Shown piece after piece: positions 48,830 through 62,246 of a stretch of DNA of 64,000 nt. A program made the position numbers and the translations under genes. Numbering within the stretch: the stretch's first letter is position 1; the number at the start of each line of letters is the position of its first letter. The notes below the pieces were generated by a model. It was given only the letters and a program-made list of their open reading frames with translations, did not search any database and had not been told where the DNA came from. The stretch lies in assembly GCA_001600815.1 (NCBI GenBank), contig BCKZ01000001.1, forward strand, positions 850,613 through 914,612, read 5' to 3'. Source of the DNA: Alloascoidea hylecoeti. Taxonomy: Eukaryota.

Positions 48830-50986
48830 ATGGTGTCACGCGTCAGGGAGCGGGTCAACAAGGCCAAGGTAAAACCTACAGATTCAGATCAATTCAAATC
48901 AAAAGAAACACATGATGCTAAAGAAGAACCGAACAAAGACGAATCGTCTGGTGGCGAAGAAGAGCCACAAGAAGAGGAATTAGGTGCTCAAGCATTGCTA
49001 CAATTGGGCACAAAAGGAAAGAAGGGAAAGAAGAATAAGAAACCAAGCGTAAAAACTGAGCTTAAGAAACCTCAAGATAGTACCACTGCTGAAAAAGACG
49101 ATGACATTAATGCTACTGTTGATGAGAGTGAGCATATAGAACTTCCTGAAGCACCAATCGACGATGTTTCTCTTAATGTTGCCGACCTTACTCATACTGG
49201 CTCAGGTGATTCAAAGGAGGAAGAGCATGATATCAATGTACCTGATGTGGAAGAAGATAATCATGTCCAACAGGATACTAATGAAACCGTCGAAGCGGCT
49301 GTCATGAGATATGTTGGTGGAACTCTTGACGATAATTCAACTTCGGGGTCCAGCGATCGCAAACGAAAAAATTATGAATCTATTGATTTCCCCAATTGGT
49401 CATTTTTGGATGATAATTTAGATACCGGTGCTAATGAAACTTCTGGCTCAGCATCTGGAGGTAAAAATGGTAGAACAAATGATGATGGAAATACCGAAGA
49501 ACTTGCAAGATTTGATGTTAATGTTTTTGACCAGTCATCCACTAAACAATCAAACCCACTTCCACTTAAAAAGAAGAGACGAAACAATAATGGGAAGTCC
49601 TCCAATTCTGACTCTCATTACATCTCAAACGTTAGCAATGTTGATCCTGAATTAGCACAAATGGATGGTACTAGTAATAGTGCATTAGCTGCGGCAGCAT
49701 ATAATCGTTCCATTCAATTTTATGATCCTGATCAAACATCAGCAAAAGCAGAACCATCACATTCAAATATTCAACCGGACCCACAACAAGTTGCTGTTGA
49801 AGCTACAAATTTAGAGCATGATTCTCACCATCCTCACGAAGGAATACACGGAGCCTGGCCAACGGCTTCCCATGCCAATTTAGTTGCAGGTCGTGCTTTC
49901 ACAAAACAAGAAATTAGTCTTATTGATGATGTAATTTCACAATATTGTGATATGCATAACTTAACAAGGCATCAGGTTTGTCAAAGAATTTGGGCCAATG
50001 ATCGTAAAAAAGATGATTTTTGGGAAACCCTTTTACGTGTTCTACCAAACAGGACAAGATCAAGTGTTTATAAGCATGTTCGAAGAGCTTATCATATATT
50101 TGACGTCAGAGGTAAATGGACACCACCTGAAGATCAGCAATTAGGTGCATTGGTTGCTGAAAAGTCATCTCAATGGAAAACAATTGGTGAAATTATGGGG
50201 CGAATGCCTGAAGATTGTAGGGATAGATGGAGAAATTATGTTAAATGTGGTTCAAATAGAACATCTAATAAATGGAGTTTAGATGAAGAGAATTCTTTAA
50301 GACAAGTTGTTTCAGAATTGAAAAGTTTGGATCCTACATCACCTATTAATTGGACATTGGTTTCTGAACGTATGGGTGGTACAAGATCAAGAATTCAATG
50401 TCGTTATAAATGGAACAAATTTATCAAAAAGGCTGCTGCTAATAAAGTTGAAGAATTGTCTACAAATGAAAAATTTGGACTTGTATCAAGGTTAAAAAGT
50501 TTGAATTATGATTATGAAAATCAAATTGATTGGGAGGTTGTTGCTTCAATGGACTCTCGTATGATATGGTCAGCAAATCATTTACGAGCTGCTTTTGAAA
50601 AATCAAGAAATGGAGTTAAAGATTATAAGAAAAAAAGTTTAGTTGAAATATTAAACCAATTGCAGACAGACTTATTTACAAATAATGAAGTATTTTCACA
50701 TAATGATGTTGTAATTGGCGTTGATGAATTCGATAGAGCAATTCGTGAACATGAACATCAACAACAGCATGAACAACAACAACAACATCACCAACAACAA
50801 CATCACCAACAACAACATGAGCAGGATCAACAAGATCAAGAAAATGGACAGTCTGAATTGCAACATAATGATGGTGAAACATCAGACCTGGAGAAGAATG
50901 AACGAAACAGAGTGGCTGCTGCTGCTATTGCTGCTGCCGCTACTGGTACCACCCATTTAGATGTTGGAGAGTCTATGAACTGGTAA
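48830..50986 (+). CDS. REB1: Myb-domain DNA-binding protein, Reb1/Nsi1 family
   Basis: RIWANDRKKDDFW..LPNRTRSSVYKHVRRAYH..RGKWTPPED..GRMPEDCRDRWRNYVKCG..INWTLVSERMGGTRSRIQCRYKW. Confidence 0.88.
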   Translation: MVSRVRERVNKAKVKPTDSDQFKSKETHDAKEEPNKDESSGGEEEPQEEELGAQALLQLGTKGKKGKKNKKPSVKTELKKPQDSTTAEKDDDINATVDESEHIELPEAPIDDVSLNVADLTHTGSGDSKEEEHDINVPDVEEDNHVQQDTNETVEAAVMRYVGGTLDDNSTSGSSDRKRKNYESIDFPNWSFLDDNLDTGANETSGSASGGKNGRTNDDGNTEELARFDVNVFDQSSTKQSNPLPLKKKRRNNNGKSSNSDSHYISNVSNVDPELAQMDGTSNSALAAAAYNRSIQFYDPDQTSAKAEPSHSNIQPDPQQVAVEATNLEHDSHHPHEGIHGAWPTASHANLVAGRAFTKQEISLIDDVISQYCDMHNLTRHQVCQRIWANDRKKDDFWETLLRVLPNRTRSSVYKHVRRAYHIFDVRGKWTPPEDQQLGALVAEKSSQWKTIGEIMGRMPEDCRDRWRNYVKCGSNRTSNKWSLDEENSLRQVVSELKSLDPTSPINWTLVSERMGGTRSRIQCRYKWNKFIKKAAANKVEELSTNEKFGLVSRLKSLNYDYENQIDWEVVASMDSRMIWSANHLRAAFEKSRNGVKDYKKKSLVEILNQLQTDLFTNNEVFSHNDVVIGVDEFDRAIREHEHQQQHEQQQQHHQQQHHQQQHEQDQQDQENGQSELQHNDGETSDLEKNERNRVAAAAIAAAATGTTHLDVGESMNW

Positions 50987-51389
50987 TAATAATACTTTTT
51001 GTAATTTGTGTTGTATTTTTGTTTTGGCTTCTTTTAACATTATTTAAATTGTTAATATAAATATGTTAGTAGTTGAGTTTTAATTAGGAGTATGTATTTT
51101 AAAACTAGTATATCATATGATATAATATACCTTAAAATTTTGATTTATTATATAAAGGACATTATTTTTATAAGCTAAAGTTATATCTAGCTACTAGTAA
51201 GAACACTGCACTCCTGAACTATAGTATAGGACTCTCTTCCCACAAACCACGACATCACACACTCTACAAATGACAAACAGAAATGATTAGAAACATTACA
51301 AAGGAATCTAAATTATATTAATCAACCGTAACTAATGTACAAATCCGAGTAGCAAATATTCATTATAATTATAATCCATCACGCTAAAT

Positions 51390-52026
<637 letters not shown>

Positions 52027-52169
52027 ATTGGCTTCTCGACAATCCACACCCATACACCTTTGAAAGCTTCATACTCTTCTCTGATTGGCCACTATGTTTT
52101 TGGAAACTGATGAAACAAAAAGTGTTCTTTTGTTTGGCTATTTCTGATGGAAATGCAATTATATTGTAA

Positions 52170-52655
<486 letters not shown>

Positions 52656-54933
52656 ACAAATTGTTGATCGTATTTATGATATAACCTGGGAATTAATTGG
52701 ATTTGTATTTTATTTTAATGCTATGATCATACTATTAATTGTCGTCCAAATTGTAGTTGTAAAATGAATTAAAATGAATTAATTTTGCAAGAGCGTGCAT
52801 CAGTCGTTTTGGAATCCAACAATTTAGCGATTATCCGGATGCTGAAAATCGGGTGTATGGAATCATTGGAATGGTAGGATGATGGATCCGGAGGTGTTTC
52901 CTTTGGTGAAGTCGTGATCGATCATAGGTAATTTTAGTATAATTATAATATCAATTATCCGATACAGTAATATTAGTATCGATTTCGTGTTTTTTCAATT
53001 TTTATCGAATTGTTGGAGGTATATTTAGAATTGTGTTAACAAATTTCTATCAATTCTTCAGATTACCATTTTGAGCTTTTCCAGAAATTTGGATACCTTC
53101 AGATAAAATAAAGATAATAATAATAATTAAGGTTCGAATCTTGCATAAATGTCAAGGTTGCCATGCCAACTCTATTTATGCACGGCTACAACAATTCTTA
53201 TTAATGCTTTGTTAACGTTGAATCTCCATATTCATCATCTACTCATGAAAATCCTGTAGGTGACCGTTCCATTAATCAATTTCAGCTTTCAAGGTTATAC
53301 GATCCGATGAGCTCCGGATCATCATCTTCTTACACTTAATTTCACATTCTATCTGAAGTTATTAATTAATGTATTGCTTTGCTAGCTATAGATTTAGTTT
53401 CGACTAAAATTTAGAGACAAATTGCAGATTTAATGCGAATACTAGTTAAAATAATTATAATAATCCTCGTGTTATCAACATTGCGATACTAATTGCAACT
53501 TGCAACATTACGCGTTCGCGTTTTAAACATATATTTATAGGCAAATGTACCTATACGACGCTACCGTGGTGAAATCAACCACACATTCTTAATATACATA
53601 AATTTAACAAATAACAAGAGAACACGTCTAAACATTTTAGGGCCTTGGAACTTATAACAAGTGCCTGCAATCATAACTGGTACATAATTGGTAAAAAAAC
53701 GTTCTTTTCAAGCATTTTACAACTTATTTTCATTATTACTATAGTGACAGCATAACGCGTTAACGGTAACATTGGGAATAGAAACACAAAAGCTTAAAAT
53801 ATATGCATTATATTAATATTCAGCAATATTATACATTAAAGGATGAAAATGGCATGATTGACAACGTAATTACTGTTAGCAAATTCCATCAATTACAAAT
53901 TTGATTACGGTTTTAGAATAATTAGAAATAAAAAAAGTAATGATTAAAATATTTAACTAACATCTTTTTTTCTTTCTAAAAAAGAAAATTAAAAAAAAAG
54001 TAAAAAAACAAAAAAGCAAAAATTAAAAAAAATTTGAAAAGAAAAAAAGTTATATATTTATAAAAAGCAAGGAATGAAAGATACATAGCAAACATTTATA
54101 TAATAGTAATAAAAGGGAGATATGTGTGGGTAATTTATAAATTTTAATAAATATAAAGGAGAGACTAATAAAATATAATTTGTGTGTATTTTGTTTTGAT
54201 AAACAATTGTAATAATCCTTGTATAAACAGGATTACCAGAAAAAATAAGGATAAAAAAATAACAGTGCGTAAGGCAAAAATCATGTTAATTTTTTTTTTG
54301 GATTTTTATTTTTTATCTGTAGTTAGTAAATTTTTTTTTGTAATTTTTCTTTTTTTTCCATAAGTTTCCATAATGCTTTAGTGACGTGTAAATAGATATC
54401 ACTAGATATAACAATATGTGTTATTTATTTGAGAAAAAACTTCAAAAATAAGCAAGAGTAATAAGTAGGCGAGCAAGGTGATAATAAGAAATAAAATAAC
54501 CTAAATAGTTGGGAAGATTTGATTGGTGAGGAGGACGGATATTTGGCTGGGATGAGATAACATCAGTTAATTTAAAATGTTTAATTAATATTACAATAAT
54601 TTGTGGTAGGATGATGATTGCGATTACAGTTGCATAAAAGCATAAGATGAATTCTTTTTCGCGCTGTAAATTGTAAGTCCAAGTGCCAGTAAGATTTAGT
54701 ACCAAAATGAACAAGAATAAATAAAAACAATCACTGTATAAAAAGAATAAGTGTAGATGTAAATGATATCGGTATTATTGATTATAGTTAGCGATTAATA
54801 AGACAAAGATGTGTTGTAAATGACTAAAATAAAACTTGATGCAAAGAATAATAGAGCGTTATGATAATAAATTAGAATGCAATATAAAAAAAAATATTGA
54901 ATATTGTGTGTGGTTCTTAAGTTGTAAAGTATT

Positions 54934-55813
54934 TTAAAATCTTGGTAACTTCATTGCCCTTGGTTTATCATTTGAAGGAGAAACCTTTAAGACTTTGTAG
55001 TTAACTTTCTTTGATACTTTTGTGAAAGGAGCAATGACAACTAAGTCACCTTCTTTAACTTTTAGAGCGGGAGAGATATTAGCAGCAATATTATGATGTC
55101 TTTTTTCATATCGTTCTGATTTAACAATATATTTTAAATATTCACGTCTAACAATGATTGTTTTTGAATTTGACAATTTGGTCGAAACACAGACACCTTT
55201 AAGAAGTTTATCACCACTTTTCTTAAGTGAAATAGATTTAGATTGGACGGTAGAAGAAGCACCAACTAAGGTCTCCAACTTTGATAGCCTATCACCATCG
55301 GTATTAAGTGTTGTGAAAGTAATTTTTGAGGAAGAAGGAGCGGGAGTAGATAGGCATGATGGCCTAATAATCTCAATCTTCTTTTTTTGGATCTTTTCAG
55401 TTTTCTCAAATTTTTCACTGGATACCGAATGTGATTTGCGAGAGGCTCTCTGTGCCTTTCTGGCAATTTTGGCTTTGCTTGCAGCTAAAGTATGTGATTG
55501 CTAAAAACAAAATAGTAAAAGAATGATGTTAGTGTTTGATGATCGATAAGGTTTAGGTATGGGAAAACTTAATTTAAATGCGGTCAGCTAAGAAAAGGTG
55601 AGACAACGTAAACAACAAAACAGACTCAGGAATGGGTCAATTTAAAAGTTGTTTATACTGTCACTCCTCAGAGCGATCCCTATGTGAAACCGCCAGATTC
55701 CAGAAATCTTCATCAAAATTCCATTCAAATGCAGGAGTAGTGTTCTAAAGCCTTTGAAGATCCAAAAAGATACTTACCCTTTGGGCACGAGCATTATTGA
55801 TTTGACCAACCAT
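54934..55813 (-). CDS. Highly diverged 40S protein uS17/Rps11 paralog, about 200 aa (exons 55813-55778, 55500-54934)
   Basis: MVGQINNARAQR|QSHTL... with phase-0 intron 55777-55501 (GTAAGT..ACTAAC..TAG). uS17 core GVCVSTK..TIIVRREYLKYIVKSERYEKRHHNIAANISPALKVKEGDLV. Confidence 0.8.
55622..55720 (-). ncRNA. Candidate intronic box C/D snoRNA
   Basis: On the minus strand: TGATGA (55715-55710), CTGA (55671-55668), CTGA (55629-55626), inside an unusually long intron. Confidence 0.35.
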
Positions 55814-56060
55814 TCTGAAAGTAGGAAAAGAGAGTAATAAGAGAAGTGTAATAAAATTAAGGGAATCACTGGATGTTTCCGGTCGCCGACAAAGAAAGGG
55901 AAAGAAGAAGGGGCAAAACAGCTGAATAAATAGAGGTTTGGAGGGGTGTCTGGGTGTCTTCTCTGCTGACTCATGCGTTTGGTCAGCAAATTTATAAAGT
56001 TATAAATAACAATAACAATTTTAACTCTGCTTCCTTCTCTTCTCACAAACACAAAACAAG

Positions 56061-56621
56061 ATGAGCAACATTATGAACAAGAAAAATCGGATGACTATGC
56101 TATCGCTGGGAGTGATCGTCTTCTTTTTTCTGATGATCGGGTACCAGAAACACCAAGATTCGGTTATATCTGAGTCCGACGAGTCGCAGGTTCTGATGGA
56201 ACTTGACCCGGCTGTGAAGCAGCAGCAACATAAGGAATTTAAAGATACTGAAGACAAGAAATTCGATGTCGTGATGGAATACAAACAAATAGTGGGATTC
56301 TCACCCGTCGTTATATTTACAAAGTCGTCCAGTGTTTGTACCGATTGTAACACTATGGCCAAATTATTACAGAAGGAGTATCAAATTACACCCCCTCCAG
56401 CTTTTGTAGAATTGGATAAGCACCCACATGGAGATGAATTACAAAAACACATTGGAAGAATTACAGGGCGCAGTGTTGTCCCTCATGTGTTCGTCAATGG
56501 TGTGACCAGAGGCTCAGCAGATGATATTTTGGACCTACACAATAGTGGGGATTTGAGTCCTACTTTCCAACGTTGGGGAGGAAATGAATTAAGAGTGAAG
56601 AGACTCAGCACAAAGAGTTGA
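56061..56621 (+). CDS. Membrane-anchored glutaredoxin-like protein (Grx6/Grx7-type architecture)
   Basis: N-terminal TM, SPVVIFTKS..CTDC, VELDKHPHGDELQ..ITGRSVVPHVFVNG. Confidence 0.82.
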   Translation: MSNIMNKKNRMTMLSLGVIVFFFLMIGYQKHQDSVISESDESQVLMELDPAVKQQQHKEFKDTEDKKFDVVMEYKQIVGFSPVVIFTKSSSVCTDCNTMAKLLQKEYQITPPPAFVELDKHPHGDELQKHIGRITGRSVVPHVFVNGVTRGSADDILDLHNSGDLSPTFQRWGGNELRVKRLSTKS

Positions 56622-56646
56622 AAGAATCATATGTATTATATTATAA

Positions 56647-57669
56647 TTATGTCCTCCATTTGACCCAAACTTGGTCTGTTCTGTATTTTTGGGTAATAGT
56701 ACTGTCTTCGATATTAATTTGTATGCCTTCTTTGTAGGCCAGTAGTCCTGCCTGTGCGATCATTATTCCGTTATCTATGCAAAACCTCTCATCCGTAGCG
56801 TAAACGGCTCCTCCTCTCTCGCATGCCATAATCCCCATCATATCCTGTAATCGCTCATTACAACCCACTCCCCCCACAATCAGCACCTGCTCCGCCATCA
56901 CGTGTGCCATAGCTCTCTCAGTTATCTCCACCAACATGGCAAACAAACACTCCTGTAGACTAAAACATAGATCCTCAGCTGTGTATTTGTGTACAATTGA
57001 TTCTACATATGCCAATATCCCTGACATACTCAAATCCATTCCTTTGACTGTATATGGCAGCTCAATGTATTTGCTGCCCTTTTTAGCCAATTGCTCTATA
57101 TTATACCCAGGGCTTGGGTCGTTGCTAATTTGCAGGGCTCGGGCAAATCTGTCCAAACAATTACCCACAGCTATATCCAAAGTTTCCCCAAAAATCCGAT
57201 ACCTCTGCTTAGAGTAGGCTATAACTTGAGTGTTTCCTCCAGAAACATATAGCACCACCGGATTAGTAGCTCCAGTGATCTCTCTACCCATTTCAATATG
57301 TCCAACACAATGATTCACTGCTATTAACGGGACCTTCCACATTAAACTGATAACTCTTGCTGCAATTGCAACTGTTTGTAACGGTCCTCCCATCCCTGGT
57401 CCTTTAGTGAAACAGATACAATCAACATCGGATGGTTTCAATCCTGTTTCGCTTAATGATCGCTTAATTAATCTTACTATCCAATTTCTATGGTGTCTTG
57501 ATACATCTCGAGGTAAAAATCCATGGCCTGGTGGTGCTATGTAAGTATCTCGAATATTTGATAATATTATTGCTTCTCCTGTTTTATATGGAATTGGGTG
57601 TTTGATTATACCAACTCCTAGTTTATTGGCAGATCCCTCGAGTCCAAGTGCAATATAGTGCTCTTTCAT
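56647..57669 (-). CDS. KAE1: tRNA N6-threonylcarbamoyltransferase (KEOPS) Kae1
   Basis: [59 protein letters not shown]. Confidence 0.97.
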   Translation of the reverse strand: MKEHYIALGLEGSANKLGVGIIKHPIPYKTGEAIILSNIRDTYIAPPGHGFLPRDVSRHHRNWIVRLIKRSLSETGLKPSDVDCICFTKGPGMGGPLQTVAIAARVISLMWKVPLIAVNHCVGHIEMGREITGATNPVVLYVSGGNTQVIAYSKQRYRIFGETLDIAVGNCLDRFARALQISNDPSPGYNIEQLAKKGSKYIELPYTVKGMDLSMSGILAYVESIVHKYTAEDLCFSLQECLFAMLVEITERAMAHVMAEQVLIVGGVGCNERLQDMMGIMACERGGAVYATDERFCIDNGIMIAQAGLLAYKEGIQINIEDSTITQKYRTDQVWVKWRT

Positions 57670-57831
57670 TATACAATATAGTATATATATATAAATTTAT
57701 AAATTCTTTTGTACTGGCAAAAATTGAAGAATTTGACATTCAAAAAAACCCCTATATACCTCCATCCATCAGATCAACCATCTTGTTTGTTTACATTAAA
57801 AAACTAAATAATAATAATAAAAGTCTAATGA

Positions 57832-58671
57832 ATGACAATATCTCCAAAAATGTCATTAAATTATTTCCTTGACACCATTGATCAATCTGCAAATTCAATA
57901 AAAACTCTGGCATTTAAACGGCCTGGTATATTCACAAATGCAATACTATCAAATCCAGAAATAACTACCCTTATTAGAGACGCACATTATCAAGAACAAT
58001 CTTTATATCGTGTTGTTAATGATAAATATAAATCTTGGGATATTGCGGTCGAGAGAATAGATATTCAAAATCAAAACCAAAATAATAATCAAACCAATAC
58101 CAATGTTCTCTTTCCCGGTGATTATGTTTATAATAAAGATGATGAATCAATTATAAAAAGAGCTGTAGAAGTACCACAAATAAATAACGGTCAAGGAATT
58201 GAAAAACCTTCAAATTTAGAAGGTCTATTAAATGAAATTGATAATGAACAACAAAAGGATGCTGCAGTCATCGCTGCCGCTTCTAATAATAATGATATGG
58301 ACGTTGATATGGATATTGATATGGATGTAGATGATAATGAAAAATATCTTGAGGATCAAAATAAAAAGAAAGAATACGGTGTTGATGTTTTATGCGAAGC
58401 AGTTGAAAGGTTGACAAGGCAATATCCAATTGATGGTATTGATGAAAAAATTCAATATTTGAGGAATAAATGGATTGAATTGAATGAAGATATAATGCAA
58501 TATGAAGAAATTGTTGAAACTCAAAGACAACAACTAGAAACTCTAAGAAATGATGATTATAATTTCAGTAGGTATCAAAATAATATAAGTATTGAAGATC
58601 AAATTTTAAAAGAAGAAGAAACTATTATGAGATTAGAAAAAGAATTAGAGTTTAGAAATCAAAATATATAA
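57832..58671 (+). CDS. SPC34: DASH complex subunit Spc34
   Basis: SIKTLAFKRPGIFTNAIL..ITTLIRDA..E.SLY, DVLCEAVERL..YPIDG, C-terminal coiled coil. Confidence 0.85.
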   Translation: MTISPKMSLNYFLDTIDQSANSIKTLAFKRPGIFTNAILSNPEITTLIRDAHYQEQSLYRVVNDKYKSWDIAVERIDIQNQNQNNNQTNTNVLFPGDYVYNKDDESIIKRAVEVPQINNGQGIEKPSNLEGLLNEIDNEQQKDAAVIAAASNNNDMDVDMDIDMDVDDNEKYLEDQNKKKEYGVDVLCEAVERLTRQYPIDGIDEKIQYLRNKWIELNEDIMQYEEIVETQRQQLETLRNDDYNFSRYQNNISIEDQILKEEETIMRLEKELEFRNQNI

Positions 58672-59146
58672 TAATATTACAGTATATTTACATGGTAGGT
58701 ATCATTTGATAAACTTACCGGTAATTATTGATACTAATTATATATTTACCAAAGAAAATTATAACAGAACAAATCAAAGATATTAATGTTTGATATCTAT
58801 GTATTTATGAATGCTTTTTCGAGATTGAAATCATTTCAAACTAAATCGACCTCCAAAAAGTTTCAGGTCTAAGAATTTGATATATTATGAATAAATCTAT
58901 AATCAACGTCTGAGCTAAAATATAAAGATGTAATGAATCAAAGGTTGTAATTACTTTCTTTATTATTGTTCTAATATTTGGAATTAGTAGTAGAAGTTAA
59001 CATTCCGATCCCTAAGAGCGGCACATAAGTTGCCTCATCATTAGTGATATCGGTTATTAAATATTTCCTTTCATGATATGATAATATTCTAAAATTTATC
59101 TATTAACATAATACATGTTAGTTTGTTTCTATATCATTAAGTGAAT

Positions 59147-60841
59147 CTACACTAATTTCTCATCCAATCTTGCAGCAGGATTGGTTTCAATAAAATCAAG
59201 ACTAACTTTATGACCAAGTAATTCTCTAATATTTGAAACGCCATATTTAATCATTGTAGGCCTTTCTAAAGACAACCCCCAACCATGAACTCTCATGTTC
59301 TTTGGTAACCCCATTGGTTCTAACATTTCTGGCCTAAACATTCCAGAGTTACCAATTTCAACCCATTTTTGTAAACCCTCGTGCCAACTGAAAATTTCCA
59401 AACTTGGTTCAGTGTATGGGTTATAAGCTGGTTTGAAACGAAGTTTATCAACACCCATCTTAGAGAAGAAAGATTGCATAAATCCAATTAAATCACCAAG
59501 TGTTAAGTCATAATCAGCCAAAACACCTTCAACTTGATGAAATTCCGCAAGATGTGTTGCATCAACAGCTTCATTTCTGAAAACACGATCAATTGAGAAA
59601 TATCTGGAAGGTTTAGGATCTTCGGCTAATTTTTTCAACATCTTTGAGGAAATGGCTGTTGTGTGTGTACGTAAAACCATTTTCAATGATTCATCTCCGC
59701 TCCATGGATATCTATAACCAATTGAATCAAATTTACCTCCTTCATGAGCTTGTTTAACATTTTCCCAGTATTCTTTATCTTCTGGTGGATGAGCTACAGC
59801 AGGATCCTTCAAATAAAAAGTATCTTGTAAGTCTCTTGCCGGATGTTGTTGTGGAACAAACAATGTATCAAAATTCCAGAAACCAGATTCAACAAATTGA
59901 TTACTAGGCATTTCAGTAAATCCCATAGAAAAGAAAATTTGTCTGAATTCTTCTCTAACTTTCATTAGAGGATGTAGGGCACCTGCATTTGGAGAGATAC
60001 CTTCGGATTCAAAATTGTAAGGTTTAAATTTAAGATCTTTCCATGATCCATTTGTGATCATATCCGCTGTTATATCTGTCTGCAATACTTTAATTTCTAA
60101 AGAAAATTCTGGACCTTTGGACACGGAATAAGAGATTAATTTTGTAACTGTAATAAGTTTCCGCTTTTTTAATTCTTTTAATTCCTTAGGGTTTGAGGCC
60201 AATGTACCGGTTTCTTTAATTTCCTGTAATTGCTCTCTTGAAATATCTTTTGGGACGGAATCAACTTTTGCAATAAGTTTATCTTTACCAGCTTGTCCAA
60301 TCCAGCCCTTCTTGAAAGCTTGAGATTTACCAACTTTAATAACTGGACTTTTCTTTCCGAACTTTGACTGTTTTTTCGCAAAAAGGTAATTAGTAAATTT
60401 AGTGTTTCGATGTTAAACATATAAAGAATACATACGTCAATGTCTACGAGACTTAAACCATCAATTGCCTTAATAACTTCTTCTAGTAAACGAATTTCAT
60501 GAGAACCATTTGCGACAATATCCTCAGCTTCTTTGGACAGTGTCCATTGTTCTCTTTCAATTGGGTTAAAAGTAACCATCGATTTAGCGGCAAGTGAAGT
60601 TAAAGCAGCTGTAAATTTTAAATAATAATTATTATTAGCAAAAAAAGCTTTTCTTTTTCTTTTGCAAATGTAAAAATTCTATATTTTTCATATAATTTCT
60701 ACTGATCTTCAGTGGATCTTTTTCATATTACAACATACCTTGTACACTTTTGAAATTAGCGGAAGGTAGAGCTACCGAAGTATCTTTTATAACATCATTT
60801 TTATCCAGATGTTGAAGAATTATTTGTTGTAAATCAGCCAT
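59147..60841 (-). CDS. FRS2: Cytoplasmic phenylalanyl-tRNA synthetase alpha subunit (exons 60841-60739, 60608-60436, 60367-59147)
   Basis: GALHPLMKVREEFRQIF, QQHPARDLQDTF, FRNEAVDATHLAEFHQVEG, WGLSLERPTM. Introns 60738-60609 and 60435-60368 are in frame. Confidence 0.96.
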
Positions 60842-61352
60842 TTTGAAGAGCAGTTTAATAAAAACTAAGGACAGGTATAAATTCTTATCAAAATGTGACT
60901 CAAATGTAAAATAATTCGTGCTGAAAGTTACACGTGTAGTAAAAGCAGAACCGAAATTGGATCACGTGTTGGAGTTTATGTAATAATCATAGTATGATGA
61001 CATAGGCTATCAATATTATTAATAAGGTTAAGTTTATAATTACGTAATCTAATTTTATCCTCTGTACCTTGGAAAAAATAAGCTTAATATAATTGCTGTT
61101 AGGTTAAATCCTAATAAAGTTCCATTAATATTTGCAATTACCATTAACCAAATTTAAATCTACATATGCTCTTATATTACAATCCATCCAACTTCTAATT
61201 ATAACTATCTTATAGATCCAGAATCACTATCTTAGTTACTTAATTTATAAAATATTTGTTTTAATTATGTTCAAACTTCATTGATCGATTAATGAGACGA
61301 AAGTTGCCATACTTATAATTAAAATTATTTCATTCACCCTTTCTGTATACTA

Positions 61353-62246
61353 TTACGTTGCATGGTGACGATTCTTATTTTTTTGTTCCCTTCGTGTTGG
61401 AATCTTAATACCTTGTGATGCAAAACATTTGCTTAATTGTGTGCTATCAATAACACCTGGAAACTTTTTAGCACTAAACACTTCGAATGAATTTGAGAAG
61501 CAAGTACATATGACTGGTGCAGCACCTTTATCAAGTGGCTCACTACCTGATGGACTGCTTAGGTCAATAAAATTGCACTTCAAACGAAAAACACCTTCAG
61601 ATCTAATAGATAGGTCGTGAAGAATGAACCAAATCCCCAATGTTTGCTCAAGATCTTTTAATTTAAACGCAGTTGTTGTTAAAGAGCCAATAAGGTTTCG
61701 TGTTGGTGGGTGTTGATCCAAAGGTTGCATATAAGTGGTTTCTCTTGAAACATGATGTTGTTCGCCTTTTGAATTTGAAGAAATGGAACTTGAGGGTGTA
61801 TCAACATTTAGTTCATGATGAGTATTCAAGCTACTACAGCTAGTTGATGATGAATGTAGAGAAGATCCGTCTCTACTGCTGCTGCTGTTTCTGGAAGCGG
61901 AAGGAGATGCATTCCTATAACCCCCATTACCATAAGAATGATTTGCTTGTGCTAATGAAAAGTTTCTCTTCTTATCTTCGGACCAAAGTTCCACCAGTAC
62001 CACGAAGAATGAGCTATTTATGCTTTCAACATCAAATTCTTCTTCAGTTGCGGAGTCAAAGATACGAAGTCGAACACATGGAGGAGGGGAAATTTGACGG
62101 CGGTCCTTAAAAATTGAAGACATTCAGTTAATAAGATTGGTTGTCAATGAATAGTAGTAAAATTAAGATCATACTTTATCACCAAAGCCACACATGCGAG
62201 CTCTAATAGGATGCTGGACAAATTCAAGTTTGTAGATTTTACCCAT
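61353..62246 (-). CDS. Velvet-domain regulator, VelB-like (exons 62246-62175, 62105-61353)
   Basis: MGKIYKLEFVQHPIRARMCGFGDK|DRRQISPPPCVRL, Ser-rich insert, TRNLIGSL..WFILHDLSIRSEGVFRLK..FEVFSAKKFPGV..LSKCFASQGIKIPTR. Confidence 0.9.

Noticed and set aside
55778..55794. MLVPK exon resembling the Rps10 N-terminus
   Set aside because: That frame hits a stop right after splicing. The ATG at 55813 gives the open phase-0 frame.
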